Positions 35,470 through 48,110 of a stretch of DNA of 64,000 bases are shown here, piece by piece; position 1 is the first letter of the stretch, and every line of letters starts with the position of its first letter. The position numbers and the translations under genes were made by a program. This DNA comes from Callorhinchus milii. Taxonomy: Eukaryota. The stretch lies in the NCBI RefSeq assembly GCF_018977255.1, contig NW_024704743.1:31498001-31562000 (forward strand). The letters are read 5' to 3'. The notes under the pieces are model-generated. The model had not been told where the DNA came from and did no database searches. It saw only the letters and a list, made by a program, of their open reading frames with translations.

Positions 35470-38400
35470 AACCCCACTTAATGCTGATTAAGCATTCGCA
35501 CAATGCCTAAAATGTGTGTCATTTACAGAATTTAACATAAAAACGGGTCCTAAATTATTGAGTGTTATTTCACCCTATTTATTGGTGGCATTAAATTTAT
35601 CGATGAGGTCAAGAAACTAATTAATTTCCCATTAAAATTGCCTGTATGAACCAATAATTGTTTTATCATTAAGAAGTCCAAGCTTGCAAGATGTAGTGGA
35701 GGTGTATTAATACCATTCCAGCCCTAGCCCCACTTCTAAAGAACATTATTATTAATAATAATAATGTTTCTTACATTTGATATAGCGCCTGTCCTAAAGA
35801 GCTTCACAGGACATACTGTAAAGTGCAGTGACTGTGTGTGTTTTATGAGCAAACATGACAGCCAATTTGTGCACAGTAATGTTCCACAAATAGCCGAAGC
35901 CAGATTGTGGAGTAACACAGTGATATTCCAGTCAAGGAGCAGAACTAAAGGTATGAATGAGAAAACTATTATTAAGCAATTTTAAAAGTTTGTTATTAGT
36001 CACAATTTGAACCAGGTCATTTATAAAAAACATTTTGATATAGAGGCATCATGTTATGTTATTGCCTATAAATTAAAGATTGTACTGTAGTTAGTTTTGG
36101 GGGAAAAGCATACATTCATTTCTTAACCTAAAATCTCTCTTAAGATCATCACTTTAATGAAAGCTGATGACTCTTTATACCTGTAGTTATGTTGTAGTTG
36201 TATAAATCATTAGCTGACTCATATTTAACAAAAAATATATGCATGTTTATGACTTTGGCCCACAAATAAACAGTCATTGCGATTCACAGTAAAATCCTGT
36301 GAAGCATTTTTAAGCATTTCAACGACGTGATAAAGTGTTATATAATATACAAGGATTATTGTTAATTACATCTCTAAAGATAAATAAGAAGAATTAAACT
36401 ATACTTCAAATATGATTTAGAATGTATAGGTCAAGCACACATAGCAAATGTAGAAATACCTGGCTGTCTTATTTTAAGCCAGTGTTTTAAGTTTGCTTCT
36501 GACCGAATGAATTGAAGTGGTATTTTAGTCACTGTCTGTTAATTTATTAGGCCTGGATTTTATTAATTGCAGAAAAAGATGGATCACCACTGTTGTTCCA
36601 AAACTACTATTAATCCATGATTGTTTGTGGGGCGCTGCTGTGCTCAATTGGCTCCCGAGTTTTGCCCACAAAATATAAGGTCAATTCACTTTACAGTATA
36701 TTCTATGAAGTGCTTTGAGACATCTCGAACACATGATAAGGCACTATATCAAATGAAAGATTAATATTAAATCATGGAGCAAAATTACTGCATTGAGTTT
36801 CATTCTGGCAGTTGTGGGAAATGGTTATATTTCACTTCGAAAGCTAAAGCTGCGGCTGGTTCCAAAGACTGCAGTCCCAGCTTTTCCAAAATATCCCTAA
36901 CCAAACACAAGTGGAGATAGAACATGAATTCATTAATTGTCATTAATTTCCTGAGAAGTACTTTGAGGTGTTTTGATGTGATAAGATGGTATAAAAATAC
37001 AAGTTATTACAATTTTATAACAATACATAACAATTACAATAAATCTTACATTTGTTAAAGTGCCTTTCACCTCATGGGAGGTCATTTCAAAACGCTTTAC
37101 AGGATATACTGTAACGTGTAGTGACTGTATTTTGCAGGCAAACACAGTAGACTATTTGCATACAGCAATGTCCCACACCCACATAACAACCATGAAGTGA
37201 GTTACCAATTTTATTTGGAGGATTGTTGGCCAGGACGCCAGGAGAAACTCCCTCCTCTTCTTTAATTGTGCCATGGGATCTTTGCGACGTCTCGAACGCG
37301 TGATAAGGCACTATATCACGTGTTCGAGATTTAGTGCGTGATATGGTGCTTTATGACATATTCGAAACGTCTCAAAGATGGGATTGAGATGAGACGTCCC
37401 AAATAGAAGTTAAAGTTCTTCTAACTTTGTTTCTTTATTACAGTATTACCAAGTCCAAACCTTGCTTCCTCTCTGGAGAATTTTACAGTGTAATTTGATG
37501 TCTTGTGACACATTGATGTATTTTGCATTCAAAGTCTCAGTGACTCGAAACTGAACCTTTGTCTACATTTTATAGACAAGATAGCAACTGATATTTATGT
37601 GGATATGAGTGAATGTAATACAGAATCATACTTATTGTTTAATTGATCACATGTAAAGTAACTGTCTCTTGCGTGGCATTGTCTTGCTCTCCTGGTTTAC
37701 ACCAAGGGTTCAGAAAGCCATGGCACATCCACCAAACGTTTACTGCCTCAGGCAGTCACAAAGTCACAGCCTCTTGGACAGAGGGATGCCTAAAAATGTG
37801 ATGCCTAAAAATGACACGGACTTGACCAAGTCCAACTTTGGTTCAGTTGGTAGCACTGTCACCTCTGGATCACGGGATTGTATGTTCAAGCTTCACATCA
37901 GGACTTGAGCTCATTATCCAGGCTGACAGCGCTGGGAGGAGGTGCTGCATTGTTAACAGTGCCGTCCTTCAGATGAGACATTATAAAAAATTCTGTTCCT
38001 TTTCTGTCTGTTCAGGTGGTTAGTAAAGTTCCCATAATAATAATCATAATATTAATAATTCTTCCATTTGATATAGCACCTTTCACTTTGAGTGGGCACT
38101 TCTTCACAAGATATACTGCAGAGTGGAGTGACTGTGTACTTTATGGGCGAATGCCGTGACACTTTATCCTGGCCAACAATTTTCCAGGTAAGTTGGTTGT
38201 TCATTTCATGGCTCTTTGTTGGACCTAAATGGGGAAGAGACTGCTGAGTTTTCTTATGAAAAAGCAGGTCACTACACTTGGTAGCGATTACCTGTAAAGT
38301 GCTTTGAGACATTTCAATGCGATGAGCCACTATCAAACCGCGAGATCTTTTCCTTTTGTTTTAATGTTCTTGTAACTGAAGAATAATTTTAAAAAATTAG

Positions 38401-40469
38401 AAAAGCATCTTCATGTCCTTTACTGGCAGGCTGATGTACCATAAGAATGGTCAAGGGCAGGATGCAGCTTTACAGTGGTGCAGTGTGAACAAGCTTAATG
38501 CAGAATCTTTTCCTCCTCCCCCACTAGCCCCCCCTCCCACCTCTACTTCAAATCAAAGGCACCATCTGTTGTGACAAGTGTTCACATTCACCTTTTCCCT
38601 CTTATCTGTTCTCACAGGGAAACACTCTGGAGGCTGGATGAGGCTGACAGTCTAATCCAACTGCTGATACTACATTTCTCTATTCATTCTGCCCCTCAGG
38701 CTTCGGACACTATTTTTATCAGGTGAAAAAAGACAGACAAAAAAAAATCACCAAAGGATTATACTTGGACTGATAAAATATAAAGGTAAAGGCACCTTTT
38801 CTATTGTGCCTTTGCTGACGGATTTAACCGAACTATAATTTTAATGCGTATCCTTGTATGCATTTCCCTGAACCATCAGCTCACTCTATTCCGTGCTAAA
38901 CCTTTCTCGTGCATTTTGCATTTCTTGCCATTTAGCTGTAGTCTTCCGAGTTGGCGTTGTATATGATATTTCAATTTTCTCAATGTGGCAGAAGATGAAT
39001 GTTCAGATAACCACCGAAATTCGCTGCAAAAAGGAGTTTATTATATTTGAGACACATCGAAGATTTCAATATCAATTTCTCTCTGAAGCAACATGAAATG
39101 TTATAAGTACCTTCTTATTATTTTGTTAGTTTTTAGATAGGTTCTTCCTTTCACAGCTCTATTCATACTGAAAAATAGTAATTTTGATTAAATATTCTAC
39201 CTGCATCGGTTTGACTAGAAATATTAGCACCACACGATATCTAGCAGCACAATCTATGCACAAACATTCAGCACCATTCACTCTGTTTTATGTTTTAAAA
39301 AGGACAGGATGTAAGGTTGAGCTTTACAAGTCAAATTACTGCTTTATTTGGATCCTTTCAAGGTGTCGCCATGTGGGGCAAGTGATCCTCAGCAGTATCC
39401 TCTGTCCTTTCACACAGACACTGAGTTGAAATTGCAATAATTAGCAAACCAAAGTCATTGTGCGATAATGAAATTCAATTTAAATTATCCCAGAATAAAT
39501 ATCCCAACCTGAAGGTATCTAGAGAGTTTTTGAGCATGGCATTTTGCTTTTCATTCCTTTTTCAGATAATTCAGTCCTTCTTGGCAATATCCCGAAAACA
39601 AATCACTGTCCAGTATTGTGACTTCCCATTTGTGAATATCACATTTCTAAATGTACACAATTGCCTGCCGCATTTCGCCCACAAAATATTCAGTCAATTC
39701 ATTTTACAGTATATTCTGTGAAGCGCTTTGAAATATCTCAATGACACGATAAGGCGCTATATTAAATGAAAGTATAATTATAATTATTATTGTTGTTTTT
39801 TTCTTTAAAAATGAAGGTCTTTTTTGCAGATTTCAAACTCCACTCCATTAATATTGGGTGGTGCTGCACAAACAATTAACTGCAGTCTAGCTTTGCCAAA
39901 CATTATTATAAAACATTTGTAAAAATATAAACTACATTCTTCATTAACAGTGCTTCTGAATTTGATTACAAAAATACAGGGAGAGAGGATGTCTATTTTA
40001 CAAAACATTCGGTAGTAAATCAAGATAAAAGTGTATGATCTGCAGGAGGCAATGCATTTTTGCTTTATTAACATTAACAAACGTTTTCAGGCACTAAGAA
40101 CACTGTGATAGAACGAGGCTGTCTCTAAAGGTCAGTGTTTGGCTTTGCCTCCTGTTCTTCTCATTATATCAAAGGATGGTCTTTGAAGGACCAAAGGCAC
40201 CTCTTGCAGACATCTTCCCACTGCTGGACCTGCCCGTATGTTCATTTGTGCTGTTTATAATCCTGTTGATTCTGCTAGATCGTTCCGTAAAGAAGGTTCC
40301 CTTCAGGCTTTGTTTCTACTATATGAGACGTTTTTTATATCGCCACCAAAGCTGTTTCAAAAGGTCAAGGCAACGTACTTCTTTTCATGAAGCTTAATTT
40401 AGCATGATTTTTGTGCTCACCAAGATGATAGATGTCGGTGCTTTGAAATGAAATATTTTCCCATCTTGC

Positions 40470-40765
40470 AGCATCAGCATCAAGCACTTCCAGACCAGAT
40501 GCATCACAGTTAAATGTGCAATTTAAGTGAAAAACTCCTACTCTAGCTCAACAATGTAACCTATTCCCTGTGCTAGAAAGCCTTCCCCCACCTTAATGAA
40601 TCAGTATCACATTTTTCTTTCTTCACGCTCCAGTTGTCCTTTGCCTGCCTGTGTGAGATTGATCATTTGCATTGAATTCAAGTTTAATTTTGTGCTGTGA
40701 GCCCACACTCACTGGGACTTGGTTGGGGCTCTCCAAAAACTCATTTCACATGGATCTATACAGAC
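40470..40765 (-). mobile_element. LF-SINE-like body fragment
   Basis: Reverse strand ccatgtgaaatgagtt...ccaagtcccagtg...cacagcacaaaa...caatctca...ggcaaaggac is colinear with the LF-SINE consensus as recalled. Confidence 0.55.
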
Positions 40766-40837
40766 ATTTACCCTTTTCCCTAAGTGATCTTTTTTTTACA
40801 ATAGTGGAGACACTGCTAATGCCCTTCCTGTGATGGG

Positions 40838-41100
40838 ACAACAACAACTTGCATTTACATGGCGCTCTTCACACAGAGCACTCCACAAGTACAAGTTGGA
40901 AACCAAGCAAGAATGAATTGGTGGAGGAGCGGGAAGTGCCCAGAGGGTTGTTGAAAGAGGTAGGATCTAAGGTGGGACTTAACGTCAGAAAAAANGGGGA
41001 CGAGATAGCATGGTAGAGTAAGGGAGGGAGTTCCAGAGGTTAGGGCATTAGGAACTGAAGCCTCGGCCACTGGTGGTGGGGTGGAGAGGGACTTGCCCTG
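40838..41100 (-). mobile_element. Diverged L2 3' fragment
   Basis: (CAA)n tail; gggagttccagaggttaggg; contains an N at 40995. Confidence 0.7.
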
Positions 41101-42125
41101 ATGAGAATTACAGACACAAAACATTGCTTTACCACCAATGGCATGGCATGTTGGAATATCAACATACAGTGCCAACCTTTGCACATTGGAGTCTAAAATA
41201 CCATGGTCTCAAACTGGGATTTGTTGCCATTAATTCTGATCCCTGGTTTGGCAGTGATACTCGCGAATGGCAAATGGCGAATAAAATGCCATCTTGGGAC
41301 ATTTCCAGTTTGGGATTCATGTTCGTGGATCGTGCCACCAATCCTGAAATCCGATATTCGCAAGATGCAAGCAACACAAACTATACAGTTAATTCACTTT
41401 ACAAGATATTCTGTGAAGCGCTTTGAGACATCTTGAAGACGTGATAAAGCGCTATATCAAGTGCAAGGATTATTATTATTATTGGTTGGATGACTTTTAT
41501 TGAAAGGAATACTGAATATATACTAGCAGTTTAGAAAATAAATTGCATCTTACCTCTCCCCCATCCATTTTTTTCTCTCCCCAGCCCCAACCCCCAATTC
41601 CCTTCCCTTCAAATTATCCCAGGATGTTTAATGATAATATGACAGCTGCACTCATTATTCCAACTTGCTCCAGGCTGCGTACATCTGATTTTTAGGTCCC
41701 CAAAAGATCATTTGCATCCCTTTGGCCATATATAAATGAATATATTTATGAACCCTGCCTGAATGTTAAAACAAACAATTTGCTAAATTTGTGCACAAAT
41801 TAGATGCAACAGAAACACCTTAAACATTTCAGAGGGCATCAGGGTGAGACAAGGTTGCTAAGTCTTCCTACTGAAGTCTGAGCTTATGCCCGGCGACATA
41901 CTCAACTGGAGGCAATCTGTTACGAGCACTTGCTTTGATCTCATACAAATAGAATCCTTGTAACTTCTAGTTTTGCTCTTTGTGCTCTGAAGAACAACCA
42001 GAATTTGGTATATTTGGTAAGTGAATGTGGACAAACTGGATTTTATTTAGGGCATATCCCTTTGCTATTTGTCTGCAACAATTATTTATTTTTATGGTGT
42101 ACAATTGATGAATAAAAATAAAGTG

Positions 42126-42450
42126 CAACAACAACAACTTGGATTTATATAGCGCCCTCCATGCCAGATGGCGTTCAGAGCACTTCACAGTAACGGATCC
42201 CGGGGCCGAGCCAGGGGGAGGGGGAGAAAGGTGACTAAAGGAGCAGTCGAAAGGAAAGGTCTTCAGCCAAGACCTGAAAATAGGAAGAGAGGGGACACGA
42301 GGCGAAGGGAGTGAGGAAGAGAGTTCCAGAGCCTCAGGGTGTAGTGACTGAAGGCACGGCCACCGATGGTGGAGCGGAGGATTCGGGGGACAAGGAGGAG
42401 GCCAGACCCGGTGGAGCGAAGGCAACGGGCACTGTTGTGAGGAGAGAGCT
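42126..42450 (-). mobile_element. L2 (second subfamily) 3' fragment
   Basis: agcgccctccatgccagatggcgttcagagcact stem-loop; peptide FRSWLKTFPFD. Confidence 0.8.
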
Positions 42451-43924
42451 AAGGCGCTCACTAAATTATATCTCCTTGAGCAGTTCTATGACCTGCAGAA
42501 AACCTTTATTGGAATAGTTGTTATGGTGCTATTTATGGGTGGGAAAGCATTCTGGTTCTGCAGCATGCTGCACTATTGGAAATAAAGCACTTTGCATTGC
42601 TATCTGTTCAATCGTCCCAGCGTGCAAGTAGATAAAATATGCCAGAGTCAGAAAGACCAATGGGAGCAAAGAAGTGAAAGAATTGCTGAGCACATGATGC
42701 TATTTTTATTGCAACCATTTCGTAGTTTATTTCAGCTTTGATTTTTGGGTGCCAAAGGGATCTTTCCAATCAAGTCTTTTGCCAGATTGGGTTATTTTAC
42801 CCTGTACACTGCAAGTAGTGAATTCATCGATGTGACCAAAGCATTTACAAGATCACAAGGTTGGTTTGGATGAAGAAGGCCCTTCAACCCATCCAATCGG
42901 ACCCCTCCAGAACACCCACCCTACCGTTCCCCCAATCACTGCATCAAGCTGCTTTTTAAGTGAATCCAGTGCCCTGGCCCCTAATAATAATAATAATAAT
43001 TCTTGCATTTGATATAGTGCCTTATCACATCTTCGAGACGTCTCAAAGTGCTTTGACTATATTTTTGGGGCAAAACGAGGCAGTCAATTGCATACAGCAG
43101 CGTCCCACAAACAGTCGTGGATTGACTGACCATATTTTTTTACCAGCAATATCTCAAATAAAATTGGTCATTTGTTTCATGGCTGTTTGTGGCACATTGA
43201 TATGTGCAATTGTGCTGCCATGTGTGCAAAATAGTAACTACACTTCAGAGGAAATCCTGTGAAGCCCTTTGAGATATCCTCCTGACGTGAAAGATGATAT
43301 ACCAAATGCAAGGATCATTATTATTAATTACCATCTATACTACAAAATACTTTGTGGGATCTGGGACCGTAATGTGAAAGTGGGTAACGTGGCCTTGTAT
43401 CTTCACTATATGTAGCTCTGCATTTAGTGAAACAATCCCGGCTTGGCTTTACTCCATATTTTAGATGATTTGGCTACTAAATGATGGTTAATTCGGTGTG
43501 AATACTGAGTATCAACAGAGATTTATTTTCAAAGCCTGCAGCTTGTCAACTAATTCCATGTGGTGCTTTCTGCCAGTGAGTAATCACAGACTCACTGCTA
43601 AAAACTAGCAAGTATTAATGTGTTTATCACAAGAATTTCTCACAGTTCTGGGGAGAGAGAATAAAAATGACACCTTTTGTTATTTTGAAAGTTGACGAGC
43701 AGACCACTATCATCGTGCTGCTTTTTGCTTTTATTTTTCACCTGCGCCAGAAGAGAGTAGTTCAAGTGACAGTATCCAGAGTAACCCTTGTGCCTTTCAT
43801 GGCCTTGACAAAGGAAAAAATGGTATCTGATATATGATTTGTTATTTACTATAAAAAGGAACTCCAAAGTCTTCATCATTTGCTTCACTGTAAGTGAACC
43901 CACTTGCAGCTTTTTCCTTCTCAG

Positions 43925-44030
43925 ATCAATTGATATCAGTTGACTCAGCAGAATTCAGGAATCAGACCCAGGAGCTGCCTGGTCAGTGTGGGTTAGTAAC
44001 ACATCAGGTCCTGCCTCTGACCATGGAGCC
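43925..44030 (-). mobile_element. AmnSINE2-like 5' fragment
   Basis: Reverse strand gaccaggcagctcctgggtctgattcctg...tgctgagtcaactgatatc. Confidence 0.45.
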
Positions 44031-46407
44031 AGTGGTGAGTGAAGCATCACAGTTTACTAAGAGTTTGAATGTAGGAAAGTAATAATAATACTAATTCTTG
44101 CATTTGATATAGTGCCTTATCACGTCTTCAAGATGTCTCAAAGCGCTTCACAGAATATCCTGTGAAGTGAATTGACTGTATATTTTGTGGGCGGATCAAG
44201 GCTGACAAAGTAGAGCTCCTGCTGCCAATGGGCCAGAATCCTGTTTGACATTTGTGAAATTTACGGATTTACTGCATCCTTGAAGGAATCTGTGAAATAT
44301 TCTCAATACCAAAACCACAAAATCTGTCTCAGGAAGCCAAAGCATTGTTACTTTTAATAGAGGAACAGAAAGAGGAGGTTCAGCTATTGAATCTGTTCCA
44401 ACAGTTATATAATAATATCATAATCCTTGCATTTGAAGTCGCCCTTTATCATGTCTTCGAGAAGTCTCAAAGCATTTCACAGAAAATTAATAGTAATAAT
44501 TATTAATAATAATCCTTGCATTTGCTCAGTACCTTTCACATCAGGAGGATGTCCCAAAGCACTTCATAGGATATACTGTAAAGTGGTATGACTGTGTATT
44601 TTCTGGGAGAACGTGGCAGCCAATTTGCCCACAGCGGTGTCCCACAAACCAACATTGGAGTAACTGATCAATTGTATTTGTGAGATGATTGGCCAGGACA
44701 CCAGAAGAAACTCCCTTCTCTTTTTGGATAGTGTCATGAGATCTTTAACATCCACCTGAAAAGGCAGATGGGAGAGCAATGTGTGAAAGTCGCTTTGTTC
44801 TTTCAGATCAGACCCATTGCTCAAGCTCTCTGAGCAATTTCTGCCATCACCCCAGGCACGTGCTACCCAGCAGCTTGCTTTCAGAAGTGGAACTGTGTCC
44901 TCCCGATGTGAAAGGCGCTATATAAATGTAAATTGTATTATAATTGTACTGTGTCATCTGTTCCTCAGAAGCATCACCCATGGTCCCACAGGACGTGCCA
45001 TGTCAGCGCAGGATGCAACAAGCCAAACAAATCAGAAGCTTCTGAGGAAGGTAACATTCCATGCCTGAGCAACTAAGATAAAAAAGGTGTGATTCTCCGA
45101 CCTTCTGTAAGTGTAACAGTGGTGGCACTTTTCTGACAAAGTCTGTGCGTGTCCTCATGCCCTGAGAGTCACAGTACTGAAGTGTTATTGCAATATCCCC
45201 AAGTTCCACTCACTGCAGAACGATGCACTTATCAGTTTTGTTTAGAGCACTGTGTAAACTTACAGCAAATGACAGCAGTCGGAGTTTCCAAACAAGGCAT
45301 TATTCCCACCAGCGATCCTCATATACAGTGCTTCTGCACAGAAAATGGAATGACTTAAAGAGCTGCAAAAACTTCCAAGCAAAACTGATGATATATTTTC
45401 CTTCTCATTGCACCAGTAAATACTCTGGAGTCTAATTTGCAGTACTTCTTAATGTGATTCCTTAGTAAATAATCTCTTTAGAATTTCCACTGGCTTGTTC
45501 CATGAAACCATAGAAATTCACAACACGGAAGAAGGCCATTCAGTCCTTCAAGTCAGTGCTGTGTCTGAAAGAGCAATCCATTCAGTCTCTTACTTCTTCC
45601 TTTCCCCCCAAACGCTTTTGTATTTCTCCTTTTCAGATATTTACCCAGTTCATTTTTAAAACCTAATACAGATTCTCTCTCAACCACCTTTCCAGGTAGG
45701 GAATTCCAGATGTACATTGTGTTTTTATTTTGTTTGCTTTCTTCCGTATTAAGAAATCCCTTTAAGCAATACCTTAAATTAGACCCCTGTAATGAATTTC
45801 TAATCAGAGAAACCTTCAGCTATTGATTAAAAAGAGGCAGGAGCCGAGAAGTGGGAGTCTGCTCTATATTTGATAGCACAACCTTGCTCATTGCTATCTA
45901 CTGATTGCAGTTCTAAATCCTCCTGCTAGTTGGTTGTATGAGATGAACCGATATTTGTTTGTTGCATTTAAATTGCGTTTGAAGAGTCTTTCAATAAGAG
46001 CCAGGAAATTCTATAAATGTGTTCCAAAGGATATTGTCTCCTCCTCTGTCTTTTCACTGGAAACAGCTGCCAGATGCATCCCTAATGTACCCTTCCATTG
46101 TCAGGATATGTCTGTTAGCTGGCGTAAGTTTTGCTCTTGTTTGGTTGTATCATTATTTAAATCAGCTGAAAGCCCATGTTAAACCATACTGAATGGATGA
46201 AGGGCAAACACTATAAGCTACTCTCTGCTATTTTCCAAGCCAATGAAAGAAATTGAATATTGCTGTTGAAAGTGCTGCTAGTATTCTTAACAACTTAATA
46301 ATAAATTAATCACTCTCTTAAATATATCAGGATAGCATTATTTATCACTGTTCCAAAAATATAGCATTTGTGCCATTTGTTTTCTGAATAGCAAATGGCA
46401 TATTGTG

Positions 46408-46790
46408 AAGTCCTATAGCTTAGCGGTTAGAGCATTCGCCTTGCAAGCGAGAGGACTTGGGTTTGATTCCCAGGCAGGGCGAAATGTTGGGTAAGACCTT
46501 ACTCCATTCACCTCTGTTTACCTAGCAGTAATTAGGAACCCGGTTGTTAGTCGATTGCGGATCACTTTTCCAGGGTAATTATCCCTTCAAAACAAAAATA
46601 AATTTAAAAAAATAATAATTTGGTCACTCAATCTACGACTGTTTGTGGGACACTGCTGTGCGCAATTGGCTGCCGCGTTTCGCCCACAAATATACAGTCA
46701 ATTCACTTTACAGTCTATTCTGTGAAGCGCTTTGAGACGTCTTGAAGATGCGATAAGGCGCTATATCAAATGCAAGGATTATTATTATTA
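46408..46790 (+). mobile_element. tRNA(Ala)-derived SINE, best-preserved copy
   Basis: Complete head, central domain and tail, with many CpGs retained. Confidence 0.9.
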
Positions 46791-47689
46791 GTAGTAGTAT
46801 AGAGATTTATAGAGTGGTTACACTTTGTTACACTTTGTCCGATCGAAAGATAAATCACTGCACAAGTAATAGAAGTCTTGTTTACTGAATGGGACTGATG
46901 TAGATGTTTCATGGATGTTGCACTATCTTCATTGTACATCTGTTTCTGTTATTTTCTAAGCGAATAAAAGAGCACATTGCTTTTGAAAGCCCTGCTGGTA
47001 TTCTGCATTTGAACCCTCCTGTTTCTGTTAATTTGTTAACGCTGCTTTCATTCGTTCGATTTATATTTGCTTTCCATTCATTCTTTATTTCATGAAATTT
47101 AGGGGGAGGGAGGGGCAGACTTTTTCCCCACTTATAGGCAATCAGGGGATGTGTTTTCATTCTTGTTCTCAGAATATTTTTTTCTCTTTGCAGCATGTAG
47201 TTCAGAGTTCGGTGTGTGATGAGCTGGTTGAAATGCTTTTCACTGAGAACAATTGAGGATCTGCTTAGAATGCAGGCTGTCTATCAATGGAGTATAATTA
47301 GGGAACATTTGGACAAGGATATGTGGATTGCTTGTACATTTTCTTTGGCAGGTTTACATTTTTTTTTCTTATTGCATTCTTATTGCAGCGCCTTTCACAT
47401 CAGGAGGACGTCTCAAAGAGCTTTATAGGTATACTGTAAAGTGCAGTGAATGTGTATTTTTAGGTGAACGTGGCAGCCCATTTGCACACATTAATGTCCC
47501 ACAAAAACCGTGTGAAGTGAATTACTAATGTTATTTGAGATTATTAACCAGGATACTGGGTGAAACACTTCTCTTTTCAAAAAGGTTATCGATTTAATGA
47601 CTCATCTGAAGGGAGGGTTCCCCAGCAATACAACACCCCCCAACATTGCAGTGTCAGCCTAGACTATGTGAATTCAAAGTCGCAAAGTG

Positions 47690-48110
47690 GGGTGCATTGA
47701 GGTACTGCTGGTGTCTAACCAGAGTGTGCGACGGTATGCTGCTAGAGTCTGACTAGCTAAAACTACATAACATGCAATTGAGAGCACTGTCTGGCAAGTT
47801 GTCCCGCTGCTTGTCCAGCTAGGATAACCCTATCCTTTAGGGCTTGCTTTGTTTGCAGGGTTAACAGGAGCTGAGTGGGCAGATTCCCTAGCCCCAGTGA
47901 CTAGTCTGCCCGTTCAAGTCCTGATGATGATCCAGGCTGGCTGTGCTGTCGTCAGCCGTGCCCTGGAATACTGCGGACCCGCCGGGCTCAGGAATTGGAC
48001 CTCCGAGACCGCCACAGGGGGCTGGCTTGGTTCTGACATTCCATTGCCAAATGTGTCACATTGGAGCCAATGGCAACGTGCTTCCTGCGAGCTGAGCTTC
48101 CTGATAGGCA
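47690..48110 (-). repeat. Unclassified repeat family X, inner portion
   Basis: Colinear with 60960-61250 (gctgcttgtccagctagg; ttgcagggttaacagga.ctgagtggg; ggggctggct; ttccattgccaa). Confidence 0.75.

Noticed and set aside
40995..40995. Ambiguous base N (also at 59337)
   Set aside because: Both lie beside homopolymer runs and are assembly uncertainty, not biology.
46408..46485. tRNA-Ala(TGC) gene (also 5449, 19160, 26480, 50850)
   Set aside because: The tRNA-like part runs straight into a SINE body and tail, lacks a proper acceptor stem and recurs as diverged copies.
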